In this document: positions 1 to 13,390 of the stretch, piece after piece
How positions within the stretch are numbered: the stretch's first letter is position 1
Layout of the letters: each line of letters starts with the position of its first letter
DNA from: Haliotis cracherodii
Lineage: Eukaryota
Assembly: GCF_022045235.1 (NCBI RefSeq)
Contig: NW_027266269.1
Location: 35,774,001 to 35,838,000 of the forward strand
Direction: 5' to 3'
DNA length: 64,000 nt
Notes under the pieces: model-generated
Told to the model about the DNA's origin: nothing
Seen by the model: the letters and a program-made list of their open reading frames with translations, nothing else
Database searches by the model: none
Translations under genes and position numbers: made by a program

Positions 1-155
1 TAGCCCAGTGGTTAAAGCGTTCGCTCGTCACGCCGAAGGCCCGGGTTCGATTCCCCACATGGGTACAATGTGTGAAGCCTTTTTCTGGTGTCCCCCGCCG
101 TGATATAGCTGCAATATTGCTAAACGCGGCGTAAAACCATACTCACTCACTCACT
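1..155 (+). mobile_element. tRNA-derived SINE family A (other copies about 4349-4505 -, 4643-4760, 8722-8909 -, 10376-10551, 16928-17094, 56145-56302, 56798-56978, 63308-63474)
   Basis: A box TAGCCTAGTGG, B box GGTTCGATTCC, tail GCTGGAATATTGCTAAAAGCGGCGTAAAAC plus (ACTC)n; TSDs e.g. tactgaatatga at 8712/8911. Confidence 0.88.
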
Positions 156-2228
156 CTACCAAAAACCTTATGTGAGGAATTGGATGCTGTCATTTTGATT
201 AATCCTGACAGTACTTATATCGATCGCCATGGTGATAAGTTTATAAAACTTGCTGATTTGTGAGGTTTGGCAAAAACATGTTTAGGTATCACGCTATATG
301 TTTTGGTTTGGTTTGGTTTGTTGTTTAACGCCGCACTCAGCAATATTCCAGCATTATGACGGCGGTCAGTAAATAATCGAGTCTGGACCAGACAATCCAG
401 TGATTAATATCATGAGCATCGATCCACGCAGTTTGGATCGATGACATGCATCAACCAAGTCAGCGAGCCTGACCACCTGATCCGGTTAGTCGCCTTTTAC
501 GACAAGCATAGTCACCTTTTACGGCAAGCATGGGTTGCTGAAGACCTATTCTACCCCGGAATCTTCACGGGTCCACACTATATGTATACTGACAGTATTC
601 GTGCCGAGTACATATACACATCCAAATCACCGCGACTAACCACCCGATCCATCAGCTCTCACCACAAGCTCCGCAACCACTAAATGATACGTCCTGCGGT
701 TAACGCCGCGCCGAGCAATATTCCAGCTACATGACCGCTGTTGGTAAATAATCGAGTCTGGACCAGACAATCTAGTGACAAACCATGACCATCCATCCAC
801 GTAATTGGGATACGATGAAACTTAGTCCCCAAGCCTGGCCTCCCAGGTAACACGGAAATGTTATAAAAACTAGCCCAAAAACATTTGACGAACTGCCTCG
901 GAAATGATTTTAAAAAATGTTTTATTCATGTAATTTTGTATGGGTTGCTGAGAATCAGTTCTAACCCGGATATTCAGCAATTGGGTTCCGGGGACACATT
1001 CTACCCAATGGGGTACAGCGAGGCAGTGATATTGCCAGATTTCACTGTACACAACATCCATCGCTATTTTCGCATCTAGTTCGTTCCACATGACGACCTT
1101 ACGAGGATTGTACATATATTTGACAATGAGCACAATTATTAGCTTAATATTCATATTCGCGTCCAACTTCGAATTCAGAATGGCTCTCTCCATGCATTCT
1201 GATATAAACCGGTTAGACATGCACATGTTTGGTATATTAACACTATTAAATAATCACATTCCCGTTGTCAGATGTTATTGGTTCTAAGCAGAATAGCTGC
1301 CGATGGAATATTGGGCTGTTAAAACAGTGCGCGTGTGTGCTTCTTGTGTAACGCCGCACTCCGGCGGTCTTGTAAATTATTAAGAATTTACCTTCACTTT
1401 GTGTGGCCCTCACTCTATGAAGGTTCATACTCCAATGAACTCACACAAAGTGAAAGTTAATTCTTATATTCTTTATCACAATTTCTTACCTCAAAGGATA
1501 TAGGCCAAGATCTATACACAATTTTATTTAGTACGTGTGACTTCATGTTTACACTGACAGCCATACAACAACCAGCTATATCGCGGAGTAAAATAGTTCC
1601 TCAAAAAGAGAGGTGACATTGGCGTATGGATGCACAACTTGCTCTTCAGAAACATCTTACGCAGCACCTGTGTTCAAATCATATCCTCTTTAGAAGAGAA
1701 AGGTCTGTAAAGATTAACCTCATCAAGGCAGTCACAATGACAGCGCGTCGTAATACATTACATCAAGTACAAGATGTCAAAATGGCCGGCACGATAAACG
1801 TGACGGGAGAGATTTCCGAAGTTGTTAATGAACCTGTGGCGGTTACATGTGTTAGTCATCATTGATCAACTGGCCGATCATTGAAAGGTGAATAAAGATG
1901 CGTCAAACAGACACTAAGGTAAATTCAAAGATTGCTGGAGATGGTCAATGTCAGCCTAGGCACGGATCGAGTCGATACTACGATAGTTTAGATGTGCATT
2001 TCTTCGTTCGTTCATTAGGATATGCCGTAGCGAGGATATTCGAGAACAATCATGCAGTCACGCTCTCTGCAGTCAACTCAACAATCCAGTGATCGATATT
2101 ACGAGCAACGGCCCACGCCGTCGGGTCACCTTGACACGCAATCAACCAATGAACTCCATTTGAACGCCTATCACAACCAGCATATGTTGCCGAGGGCCAA
2201 AGACAAACCACGAGCCTTGGTAATGGAG

Positions 2229-3069
2229 GGGTGCGTTGCAAAGCGCCAATCGCTTGTAAGCGATGTACAGCGATTCGCCTCACAACAGTGCGCTAACTTT
2301 CAGCCGCTTGCAAGCGAAACAATCGCTGACTGAGGTCGCTTCGTTCTCAAACCAAAATGGCGGCTTACTTTGACAGCGGAACAAGGAATTATTGATTGGA
2401 TCAACGAGAAAATGAGCAAAGGCAGCGAAGACCCCATCATCCTCAGCCTGCTCTACTTCTTCAAAGTAGTCATAAATTCCATCAGCACGTCATCAAGCCT
2501 CTTCTATTACGTTCTTCATTACGTCAAGGCAACCAAGCGCTATAGTTGCGCCGCCATTTTGGAAGAGTGGGCAAGCGCTTCGAACTGTAGCAGACACCAG
2601 GGGTGCGTTGCAAAGCGCCAATCGCTTGCAAGCGATGTACAGCGATTCGCCTTACAACAGTGGGCTAACTTTCAGCCGCTTGCAAGCGAAACAATCGCTG
2701 GCTGAGATCGCTTCGTTCTCAAACCAAAATGGCGGCTTACTTTGACAGCGGAACAAGAAATTCATGACTGGATCAACGAGGAAATGAGCAAAGGTAGCCA
2801 ACACCCCATCATCCTCAGCCTGCTCTACATCTTCGAAGTAATTATAAATTCCATCAGCTCGTCATCGAGCCTCTTCTATTACGTTCTTCGTTACGTCAAG
2901 GCAACCAAGCGCTCGTTGCGCCGCCATTTTGGAAGAGCGCTTCGAACTGTTGCAGACACCGGGATGAGCGATTAATTTGCTTTCTCTTAGCGGTTCGTGG
3001 CTTGCAACGCGCCCCAGGATGAGCAATTAATTTGCTTTCTCTGAGCGATTCGTGGCTTGCAACGCGCCC
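2229..3069. mobile_element. Harbinger/PIF-like MITE with a second copy nested inside (inner copy 2601-3014)
   Basis: TIRs GGGTGCGTTGCAA / TTGCAACGCGCCC occur twice; the inner copy is flanked by CAG on both sides. Confidence 0.7.
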
Positions 3070-6000
3070 CTAATCTCTGGGGTCACAGCGTTATCCAATA
3101 TATGACGTCATATTCGAATCTCCAGAAACGACGTCATGATTGAACAATGTTTTATCCTGAAATAGATAGAGGATATCATATGAGTGATGCTCTATTTATT
3201 ACGGAAGAAGATGTTGGTTGGTTTGTTGTTTAAAGTGGCACTCTGCAATATTCCAGCTATGTGACAGGATCGGGTGGTCAGGCCCGCTGACTTGGTTGAT
3301 GTATGTCATCGATCCCCATTGCGTGGATCGATGGTCATGATGTCAATCACTGGATTATCTGGTCCAGACTTGATTCCTTACAGACCGCCGTCATATAGCT
3401 GGAATATTGCTGAGCTGGGCGTTAAACAACAAACAAACATTACATATACAAAACCCAACGATGTTTACATAAAAAAAGTTTCATAGCTTAATATCCATAT
3501 TAATGGTCAATTTCGAATTCAGAATGGTTAACAAGAGCCCTCCCTGTGCATTCTGATTATGCACTACTGGTTATGCACACAATACAAAATAAACCATTAT
3601 GTGAACGTCTAGACAGAATTAGTGTTTCTCGTTTAACTCGGCTATATGCCAGCTAAATGACGCCTGGTGCATGTAAACGGTCACTTGTGTTGGTTGTGTT
3701 GCACCTCGTCACAGACCACGTGCCTGTCCGTCCCTGATTTATGATGACAAGCGCCACTGCATTTAACACGGTAAAAATGTAACACTGTGAAACCTAATTT
3801 TCTCAACATATCACTACCCCTTTAGGACCAAGCTCTTGGGGTTTCAGTTGTGAGAATAGGTTCTGACAACACATACATGTCGTACATGGTATCCTCATCC
3901 ACAAGGGAAGTCTGATAGAGGGGGGATCAAGGCACACACCCCACCCCTGCTTCCCAACACGTGAAAATTCCAGGGTAGAATAGGTCTTCAGCAACCCATG
4001 CTTGCTATAAAAGGCGACTATGCATGTCATAAGAGGCGACTAACGGGTCGGGTGGTCAGGCTCCATGACTTGGTTGAAGCATGTCATCGATCCCAATTGC
4101 ATGGATCGATGCTCATGATGTCAGTCACTGGATTGTCTGGTCCAGACTCGATTATTTACAGACCGCCGTCCTATAGCTGGAATATTGCTGAGTGCGGCGT
4201 AAAACAGCAAACCAACCAATCAACCGGATACAGGGGATGTTCCGTGATGGTCTTGGGAATTATGTTTTTTTCTATAAATAACTCGGATTTTCATTGGTCG
4301 TCGGTACTACTTTTCATTCTGCCTACCACCCACGTGTTGACATGGAATGAGTGAGTGAGTGAGATGGTTTTACGCCACTTTTGGCAATATTCCAGCAATA
4401 TCACGGCGGGGGACACCAGAAATGGGCTTCACACATAGTACCCATGTCGGGAATCGAACCCCTGTTTTCGGCATGACGAGTGAACTAGGCTACCCGACCG
4501 CCCCGATATGGAATGACTCCGAATAAATATTTGCAACTTGATAAATATTCAACATCCATCCTTCCATCATCTAGTGGGGGTAGCATATTTGGCACTTGTT
4601 CCTGTTAAGATCCAGGGTTGAATAGGTCTTCGTATCAAAATTGGGGCGGTCGGGTAGCCTAGTGGTCAAAGCGTTCGCTCGTCACGTCAAAGACGGGTTC
4701 GATTCCCGACATGGAATATTTCTAAAAGCGGCGTCAAACCATACTCCCCCCCTCACTCACATCCAAATTGCGTAGATCGATGATGTCAACCACTGGATTG
4801 TCTGGTCCAGACTCGATTATTTACAGACTGCCGCCGTACAGCTGGATTATTGATGAGTGCGGCGTTAAACAACAAACAAACAAAAACTAGTTCTTGTTCT
4901 GAAACTTAATTATATGCTTACAGTAACACGTGTGACCCACTTCAACTGACATTCTCAGGCAGACAGACGTAATGAAATGCAAGGTGATACTAATATAATA
5001 ATTTGGATGGTATAAGCGAGCTATTTTACACAATCTGATGTGTCGTGAAAAGGTCGCATGTTTACTGTTACGCGAGGTTACATTTGTTAGGGGGTACAGC
5101 CGTCAGAAATTCGAAGGTGGTTAGGGATAGGATCCAGAGACGTTTGCAGTTAATTTGATTATTAGTGGAGCCGTTTCGTGAGAGATAAACGGTCAGTTGT
5201 GAACTTTGTGATACAATCACATAAACTTGGCACAGTTGTAGGTAATGAATTATGCAAATACTTTGCGATATGGCAACACCAAAACAAATCCAATATGACC
5301 GCCAAATCCAATATGGCCATCCATGGATGAATGGAATTCTAGTATATCGCATGTGGTCATGACCCACAACCTAAATATATAATAAAAATTAAACATGTTT
5401 CCATGTATTTACCTAACACCACATCTGTAAAGTAAATAATGTTATCATAATAGACTACTTATGTTAATTTAGGTAATCTAAAGTGTGACAAATATATATA
5501 AATGTGCATTTCTTTCTTTTTCATCATATCCTTAAGACATACATCGTTAAAGCCAATGAAGTATACCAATGTTGTATACTCATATGGTAGATAATATTTA
5601 AAGAATAAAACTTGTTTTTATTAAAAATACTTAATGGCTATTGTTTTGGTTGGCTAGTGACAATCAAATGTGATCACATTTTCAAAGTGGTGAACTAATC
5701 ATGTGGTACACAGCACAGTCACACCTGGCTCTGCACCCATTCTCAGACTTACAATTACATCTCAGAAGTCAGGGAATATATGGATGTCAACTTCTTAACT
5801 ATGAGGAACACAACGTTTCGGAGTACATGCGGGGGCACGGGTGGCCCAGTCGTCTAAGGCGCCGCGATTCGCTGTGCAGAGTCGCGTCCCTTGGGCACGC
5901 CAGAAACCTATGATTCGAATCCCGGTTCGCCCCAATTATGTTTCTAGGTTTGTGAGCACCATACCCGTGCTCGTGGGTTTCACCGAAGTGGTAAACGTCT

Positions 6001-6694
6001 GAGTCCTGCATCACTTCGGGCTTTCCTCCCACATTAAGCTGACACGCCGTAATAAAAATGGAATACTGTTAAAAGCGGCGTTAAACCCGACTCACTCAAT
6101 CGGAGTACATGCTTACTCCTTCATCAGGTGATTGAATGCCATGAGGCAGAGAGCATGTATATGTACATGTAAGGACAACAAAGTTAATAAGATAACAAAA
6201 GGTGGAAAATAACAAAGGGTAGAAACTAACACGGGAAGTCAACAGGCTCTCTTGCCCCATTCATTCACCTCATAAAGGAGTAAGCATATATTCCAAAACG
6301 TGTTTCTCATAATATAGAAGTTGACATCCATATAGTCCCTTCCATATGTGTATCACTTCTAAATGCCTTTTAAAGACCTGATACATCTCAGAAGTGTCGT
6401 CTACAAAGACCCATAGCCATGTGCTGCTGGTATTTCCCATCCTCTCCCAGTTGGTGTGGTAAGGTCTGTTTCGGCCTCCAGACTTCGTCCCCAACAGTGG
6501 CCGGCATGAAATGCAGCTCTTTTGACATGCTGGTACAAAACAGCTGATGTGGGAGGAATGAAGTCATTTAGTTAAAAGTCCTTGTATGACTCATCAACTC
6601 TTGTACAGATGCTACCCAGTCATACATCATGGCTTAAACATACACATTCCATGTTTTCCCGCGAAGAACGATGACCAGCATGAAGTGCAGCTTC

Positions 6695-6885
6695 CTATTT
6701 CTAACCCTCTGGGTAATAATTGGAGTATGAACCTTCATAGAGTGAAGGCAAAACTCACAAGCTACGAGATTCATACAATGGTTGGCCCTCATTTTACCTC
6801 ACTGTATCAATCTCGTAGCTTGCGAGTTTGGCCCTCGCCCCATGAAGGTTCATACCCCAATTATTACCCAGAGGGTTAGAAATAG
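6695..6885. mobile_element. Foldback MITE (about 85-bp arms)
   Basis: CTATTTCTAACCCTCTGGGTAATAATTGG... versus ...CCAATTATTACCCAGAGGGTTAGAAATAG. Confidence 0.75.
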
Positions 6886-7469
6886 CCGAGTTAATGAAAG
6901 TCGTATGTGCCGTAGGGCAAACATCACTTCACACACACCAGTGTATTGTTTACCTCAACCGGACGGCATTGTTGACGTCATTCGAATCTACTTGTGACGT
7001 AAGGTCGGGATGATGTTACACTAGAAACGACGTCCTATCTGAAGATTGTTTACGTCATTCTATAATTGTGCTTTAGGATTTATGAAATGATGTGTAATAA
7101 AAAAGTGTGTGTTATACGGATTTACGAAACTCGGCCCTAGTTTCATAACTCTTGCACCAGAACACATCAATATTAATGTTGGCATCCTACATCTACTTTT
7201 CACGATATGCACGTTATGACCAAGAGCTTCTGTGGACAGGCCAGCGTATTAATCAGATGGAAATGTTTCACTGCATATGTTCCAGCCGTCTGTTGACGAT
7301 ATCTCTATTACTGAAAATAACACCGCTTTTAACAGTATTCCAGTTATATCGCGGCTTGTCAGCTTAATGTGGGAGGAAAGCCCGAAGTGATGCAGGTCTC
7401 GGTCGGTGAAACCCTCGAGCACGGGTATGGTGCTGACAAACCTAGAAACATAATCAGGGCGAACCGGCC

Positions 7470-8510
7470 AATCTACTTTAAGTGAAAGTGACATAAATGT
7501 AGAATTCGAAAATCTTTTAAATCTCTATTACTGAAAATACCTTTTCCCAATCTACTTTAAGTGAAAGTGACATAAATGTAGATTCCGAAGAACTTTTAAA
7601 TCTCTATTCCTGAAAATACCCTTTCCCAATATACTTTAAGTGAAAGTGACATAAATATAGATTCCGAAGAACTTTGAAATCTCTTTTACTGAAAATACCC
7701 TTTCCCAATCTACTTTAAGTGAAAGTGACATAAATATAGATTCCGAAGAACTTTGAAATCTCAATTACTGAAAATACCCTTTCCCAATCTACTTTAAGTG
7801 AAAGTGACATAGATATAGGATTCGAAGAACTTTTAAATCTCTTTTACTGAAAATACCCTTTCCCAATCTACTTTAAGTGAAAGTGACATAACTATAGATT
7901 CTGAAGAACATTTAAATCTCTATTACTGAAAATACCCTTTCCCTATCTACTTTAAGTGAAAGTGACATAAATGTAGAATTCGAAAATCTTTTAAATCTCT
8001 ATTACTGAAAATACCTTTTCCCAATCTACTTTAAGTGAAAGTGACATCCATGTAGATTCCGAAGAACTTTTAAATCTCTATTACTGAAAATACCCTTTCC
8101 CAATATACTTTAAGTGAAAGTGACATAAATATAGATTCCGAAGAACTTTGAAATCTCTTTTACTGAAAATACCCTTTCCCAATCTACTTTAAGTGAAAGC
8201 GACATAAATATAGATTCCGAAGAACTTTGAAATCTCAATTACTGAAAATACCCTTTCCCAATCTACTTTAAGTGAAAGTGACATAGATATAGGATTCGAA
8301 GAACTTTTAAATCTCTTTTACTGAAAATACCCTTTCCCAATCTACTTTAAGTGAAAGAGACATAAATATAGGATTCGAAGAACATTGAAATCTCTATTAC
8401 TGAAAATACCCTTTCCCAATCTACTTTAAGTGAAAGTGACATCCATGTAGATTCCGAAGAACTTTTAAATCTCTATTACTGAAAATACCCTTTCCCAATA
8501 TACTTTAAGT
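7470..8510. repeat. 79-bp minisatellite, about 13 units, with 474-bp higher-order period
   Basis: Unit aatctactttaagtgaaagtgacataaat...aaatacccttttccc. Confidence 0.95.
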
Positions 8511-11244
8511 ATTATTAGTTTTAGGGTGTCACAAATAATGTAAATACAGTGGGAATTGCTTCAAGGAATTGTTGTATGAGTCGCAATAACTAGGAAAAGG
8601 AAATTGACCAAATAATTAGTTCCGCAGAGGATAAACTGATTCTTGCTTCTCAGGAGATAGAAAGAGAAATCGATCCAACAGCTACTAAACGTTTGGCATA
8701 CCTTTCCCAGATACTGAATATGAGTGAGTGAGTGAGTGAGTGAGTGAGTGAGTAAGTATGGTTTTACGCCGCTTTTAGCAATATTCCAGCAATATCACGG
8801 CGAGGGACACCAGAAATGGGCTTCACACATTGTACCCGTGTCGGGAATCGAACCCGGGTCTTCAGCGTGACGAGCAAACGCTTTAACCACTAGGCTACCC
8901 GACCGCCCCTTACTGAATATGAAATCTTGACAAACAAACACAGAAAAGAAAAGCTAGGAGGCGATGAGGATGCTGGATTCATAGGAAGGAGAAAGGGTTT
9001 GGTTTGAATCTGAGTTAGACAGCAAACTATTAAGGTTTTCTGATGGAGATTTGAATAGAAAGCTCAGCAAATACAACGGCAACCTAATTCATCTCCATTC
9101 TAATCCCGTTGCAGTGACTCGTGTGCCAAACTGGTGGGGTTGTTAACCATACCACCGATTTTGCTTTTAGGGGTTAGATAAACATTTTAAACGTGAATAA
9201 TGAAATCCTTGGCCCAGGCTGACATAGGCATGCGTAGAGTACGAGCTGACATCATAGCAGGAGGAGGATGCATTGTGGGAGAGTGATGTTGCTCGTGTGA
9301 TGACACCTGGGAGAAATTGCTTGAAATAGTGATGTTTGTAATTCGATATACTTTTGCTTACGAGGTGGGAAAGTACTTCGGGTTCTTAAAAAAGGAGAAT
9401 TTTCAACTTTAATTTTGCAATTAGTATACATAAAAGGTATTTGAACAACACATTCAGGCAGGTTGGAACATAAAAGGTTGCCTGTAAGGTAATTAACGGT
9501 AATTTCTATGGTTGTCGTCATCGTATCCCAGTTGGTTATAATAAAACATTGATCAGACGAATGAGCTAATATTATGCTGCACAGTTACTCTTTTTCCGTT
9601 GGTATACTTTGTTTGCTTGTTTATTTATTGTTTAACGCCCAGCTCGGCAATATTCCAGCTACATGTATATGGTGGCGATCTGTAAATAATCGAGTCTGGA
9701 CCAGACAATCAAGTGACTGACATCATGACCATCGACCCACGCAATTGGGATACGATGACATGCATCAACCAAGCCAGCCAGCCTGACCACCCGATCCCGT
9801 TAGTCGCCTCTTACGACAAGCATAGTCGCCTTGTTCGACAAGCATGGGTTGCTGAAGACCAATTCTATCCCGGATCTTCTTATTATCTGATGGTATGCAT
9901 TTAACACATTCTACAACGTTAATCTATTTGTATAATAGCCCGGTAACACACATTTGATGTCCATAGATTATCGTTTACCATGTTACATATCTGTCCTTGG
10001 TTGTGAGACCCGTGAAGATCTGGTATAGAATGGGTCTTCAGCAACCCATGCTTGCCGTAAAAGGTCACTATGCTTGTCGTAAGAGGCGACTAACAGGATC
10101 GGGTGGTCAGGCTCGATGACATGGTTGATGCCCAATTGCATGGATCGATTCTCATGATGTCAGTCACTGGATTGTCTGGTCCAGACTCGATTATTTACAG
10201 ACAGCCGTCATATAGCTGGAATATTGCTGAGTGCGGCGTTCAGCAAGAAACAAACAAACAAACCATTGGTTGTGACTCCTTGCACTGCAGCAACAGTCTC
10301 AGTTACGACTTCTGTCACCAAAATGATGTTCAATTCGATTCCCTGTTTTGACTCGTGTTTGTTTAGGTGAACACAGGGGCGGTCGGGTAGCCTAGTGGTT
10401 AAAGCGTTCGCTCGTCACACCGAAGACCCGGGTTCGAATCCCGACATGGGTGCAATGTGTGAAGCCCATTTCTGGTGCCCCCCGCCGTGATATTGCTGGA
10501 ATATTGCTAAAAGCGGCGTAAAACCAAACTCACTCACTCACTCACTCACTCAGGTCAACACTTGACCTGACTTTGCATGTGTTTGTGACGATATTACCGA
10601 TGGGGCAGGATACGCTCACCTGGCATTACAGTACATTCCTCAATGGAATTGTAGCCTTATCTAACAGCTCATTTGGAAAACTTAACGTTCCTGCACACGT
10701 TTGTCTGTGGTAATATTCTTTATGTGTGACGCAACGACAGAAGATTGCTATTGGGATACGATGACATACAATCAACCAAGTCACAAATCCCAACCACCCA
10801 ATCCATTTTGGACCAGCATAGCTTGCTGCATGTGTGTAAATAAGATAGTTATGCGATAAATCCAACAGAACAATGTAGGACGAGGTGTAGTTTATTTTAC
10901 AATAGAACCTTATTCTATCATGACGTCATTTCTGGAGATTCGATCATACGCTCGGAACTTGATGACGTCGTAAATTGAATGATGCTATTTTTGAGGGGGT
11001 AGTGAGTTGTCCTCCTTAATGTACCTAGGCAACGCAGATATACGCGTTGCGCCCATTTGGCACATTTTCTCTTTATAGTGTTAAATGTAACCCACCTGTT
11101 CATAAAAAAGGTCTTGTCCGACATTGCCGCGATCGGATTGTATTGAAGGAGACATCATTTATTTAAACATGAATATTTTTAAAACTTGTAAATCTTATGA
11201 ACATCCTTAAAGAGTATGTACATAATGTTGATATCTCATATGAC

Positions 11245-11525
11245 TGCCTCTGCGGAGAGCGGAAGGCCCGGAGTTCGATCCCCGGCCTCGTCATACCAAA
11301 AGACGTTACCCTGTCTGGCGCTCGGCATTAAGTGGTTAAAACAAGGACTGGTCGGCTCGGGGTCAGTATACTGTGTCTGAGTGGGGTATTCATGTTAAAC
11401 TACGGCATGGTATCTCAGTGAGCTAGCACTATTAATCGGCATCAGTCTGTACTAGTACAAGCAGCCACACACACGTGCATGCACGTCGCTATATAAGTGC
11501 AATAATCTTGGACGCGACCTCACCT
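11245..11525 (+). mobile_element. V-SINE-like family D (also 34410-34660, 47676-48845 - split, 57675-57838)
   Basis: B box GTTCGATCCCCGG followed by GTCATACCAAAAGAC..CCCTGTCTGGCGCTCGGCATT resembling the V domain; CACCT-repeat tail. Confidence 0.65.
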
Positions 11526-11811
11526 GATATCTCATATAAAAAACGACTCGTGGTCGTTTATAGCACACTTCAGGGACAATAAACCACTCGAAGCGTGTTA
11601 TTGCACGATAAACAACTACCACGAGTCGTTTATTGTTTATATGTAGCATATACGCTATTCCAATAGGTAAAACTAATTTAAATCTCGCGGATTTCTTGTT
11701 TCCTCATCTATAGTGTGAACACATGACGGTATTGCTCACTGTGAATAATTCTAAACAGTAAATTACAATTTCACGTGATAAAACTAGATATGTGGCGGAA
11801 CACGCAGTGTT

Positions 11812-11879
11812 TATAAAGAGCCTTGACACGCAGCCGGGCTCATTAGCTGGGCTTCAGATGGTGTTGCTGACTGGTAAGT
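11812..11879 (+). promoter_or_regulatory. Putative SLC6 core promoter and short first exon (about 11842-11873)
   Basis: TATAAAG at 11812, Inr-like TCATT with its A at 11842 (30 nt downstream), perfect donor G|GTAAGT at 11874; E-box CACGTG near 11772. Confidence 0.5.
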
Positions 11880-13074
11880 ATGAATTAAACTGATCGGTCG
11901 ATAAACGCCTGATTTCATCACTTCCTAATCTGTCAAATCAATGCAGCCAGCCACGCTTGGGGTCTACCATCTATTTTGTTTGGGGTGCAAAACAATCGAG
12001 AATGGGTGATGATTTGCGACCCATCTTTGTACATATTTACTAATTAAGGTAAGGATAAGAATTTGTGGATGAACAACTTCTCTATTACAATTAAGAGCTC
12101 TTAACTTCTAAAGTACTCCAACTTCTAAATGTCTATCTCGCCAAAGCTCGCAAAATACAATGTTTATTCCTAATGCAGGATATTTACCATTCCCAAACAC
12201 ACAAGCGTGATAACCTCTTTATGATATAATGTCATTCTTTAATTCTGTGCTTCAAAATCGCTTTCCCTCTCTCAAAAACATTACCGAAACATTGCGAGTT
12301 TTCCTGGAATGCGCGCATTTATATTTATTACGTCACAGGGTAAGTGATGTGTCAGTCGGACAGTGACAGTAGCCAATATAGTTCCAACTGAAATCTCTTT
12401 CTTATACAGTGGCGAAGCAAAATATACGCAAAACAACAATCCTTCTTTTTAATTGCCTTTCGTGGCAATCGATCGGTCTGTCTGCTAGAATAACTGCCCT
12501 TTGTCAAAGGAAAGCTACTCTAACCCTAGTCTATGAGACGTCACGGCAACGGTCAGACGTTGTTGACAGTCGATCTGTCCTGTCATAACGTTAAGAAGTG
12601 TAGTCAGATGTACACACAGCGACAAAACGAAACAAGGTAACAATTCAAACATAGTTCGGCCAAATCTAACTATTCTAATTTGTGGAGAAAGGTTCAAGCC
12701 GCAGAGGTCTACAAGCACAGATATGGCTACTGATCCCGCTTGGCTAGGCCTCGCAAAATTGTGTCGGAATTTATATCTCCAAAGTTGCCAAAACTTATAA
12801 AATGCCTTAGCTACGTCACAGTTAGACACTGATTTTCAGTATGTTAGACTGTTCTTTGGATAATGAAAGCAATTATCTCTGTAGTTTATCCAGATTCCCA
12901 ATGGTTAATTCTGACTCGATCGCCGAATGACGAGGGCGACGCCATGTTTGTTTATAAACAGTGAAAGTTGTCCCTACTTGACCTTTGATATTTGCATCTC
13001 TATCCGCATATGACCCCAACGGATATCGTTTTTATCCGTTGGCTTTATCCTGCCGAGAAACCTACCCATTATAT

Positions 13075-13390
13075 GATAAAAGAAGTTATTAGTCGTTTTA
13101 ATGGAGACGTGGCAATCTCAACCATCAACCGACTCAACAACCTTGAGAACAAGTACATCCATTCTTCCAACCACCTTACGTTCTTGATGCGATGCAGAGA
13201 CAACAAACTCGTGCCTAAAGGCCTACAGCTAAGAAGCCCTGTCGACACACCAGCAGCACGCGCCATCCTCCAGAAAGCCTCGCAACACCTAGTCATAGAA
13301 CGGATACGCCACCATCGCAAGACCAAGTCCTTCACCCTGGATGCTATCACTAAACATCAAAACTACCTCCAATCAGTCCTTACAGACCAA
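13075..13390 (+). mobile_element. Penelope-like retroelement N-terminal ORF fragment (duplicate at 59444-59760)
   Basis: NHLTFLMRCRDNKLVPKGLQLRSPV..ARAILQKAS..LVIERI, typical of Penelope-like ORF N-termini; truncated. Confidence 0.7.

Noticed and set aside
3998-4354. Recurrent ORFs with GLSGPDSIIYRPPSYSWNIAE
   Set aside because: Translations of retroposon family B, with inconsistent starts and frames across copies.
7470-8510. CRISPR-like arrays (also 18113-18457 and 36420-37100)
   Set aside because: Head-to-tail repeats without unique spacers, no cas genes, eukaryotic context.
10376-10450. tRNA genes
   Set aside because: The A/B boxes belong to SINE heads that continue into SINE bodies, tails and TSDs; no complete cloverleaf.
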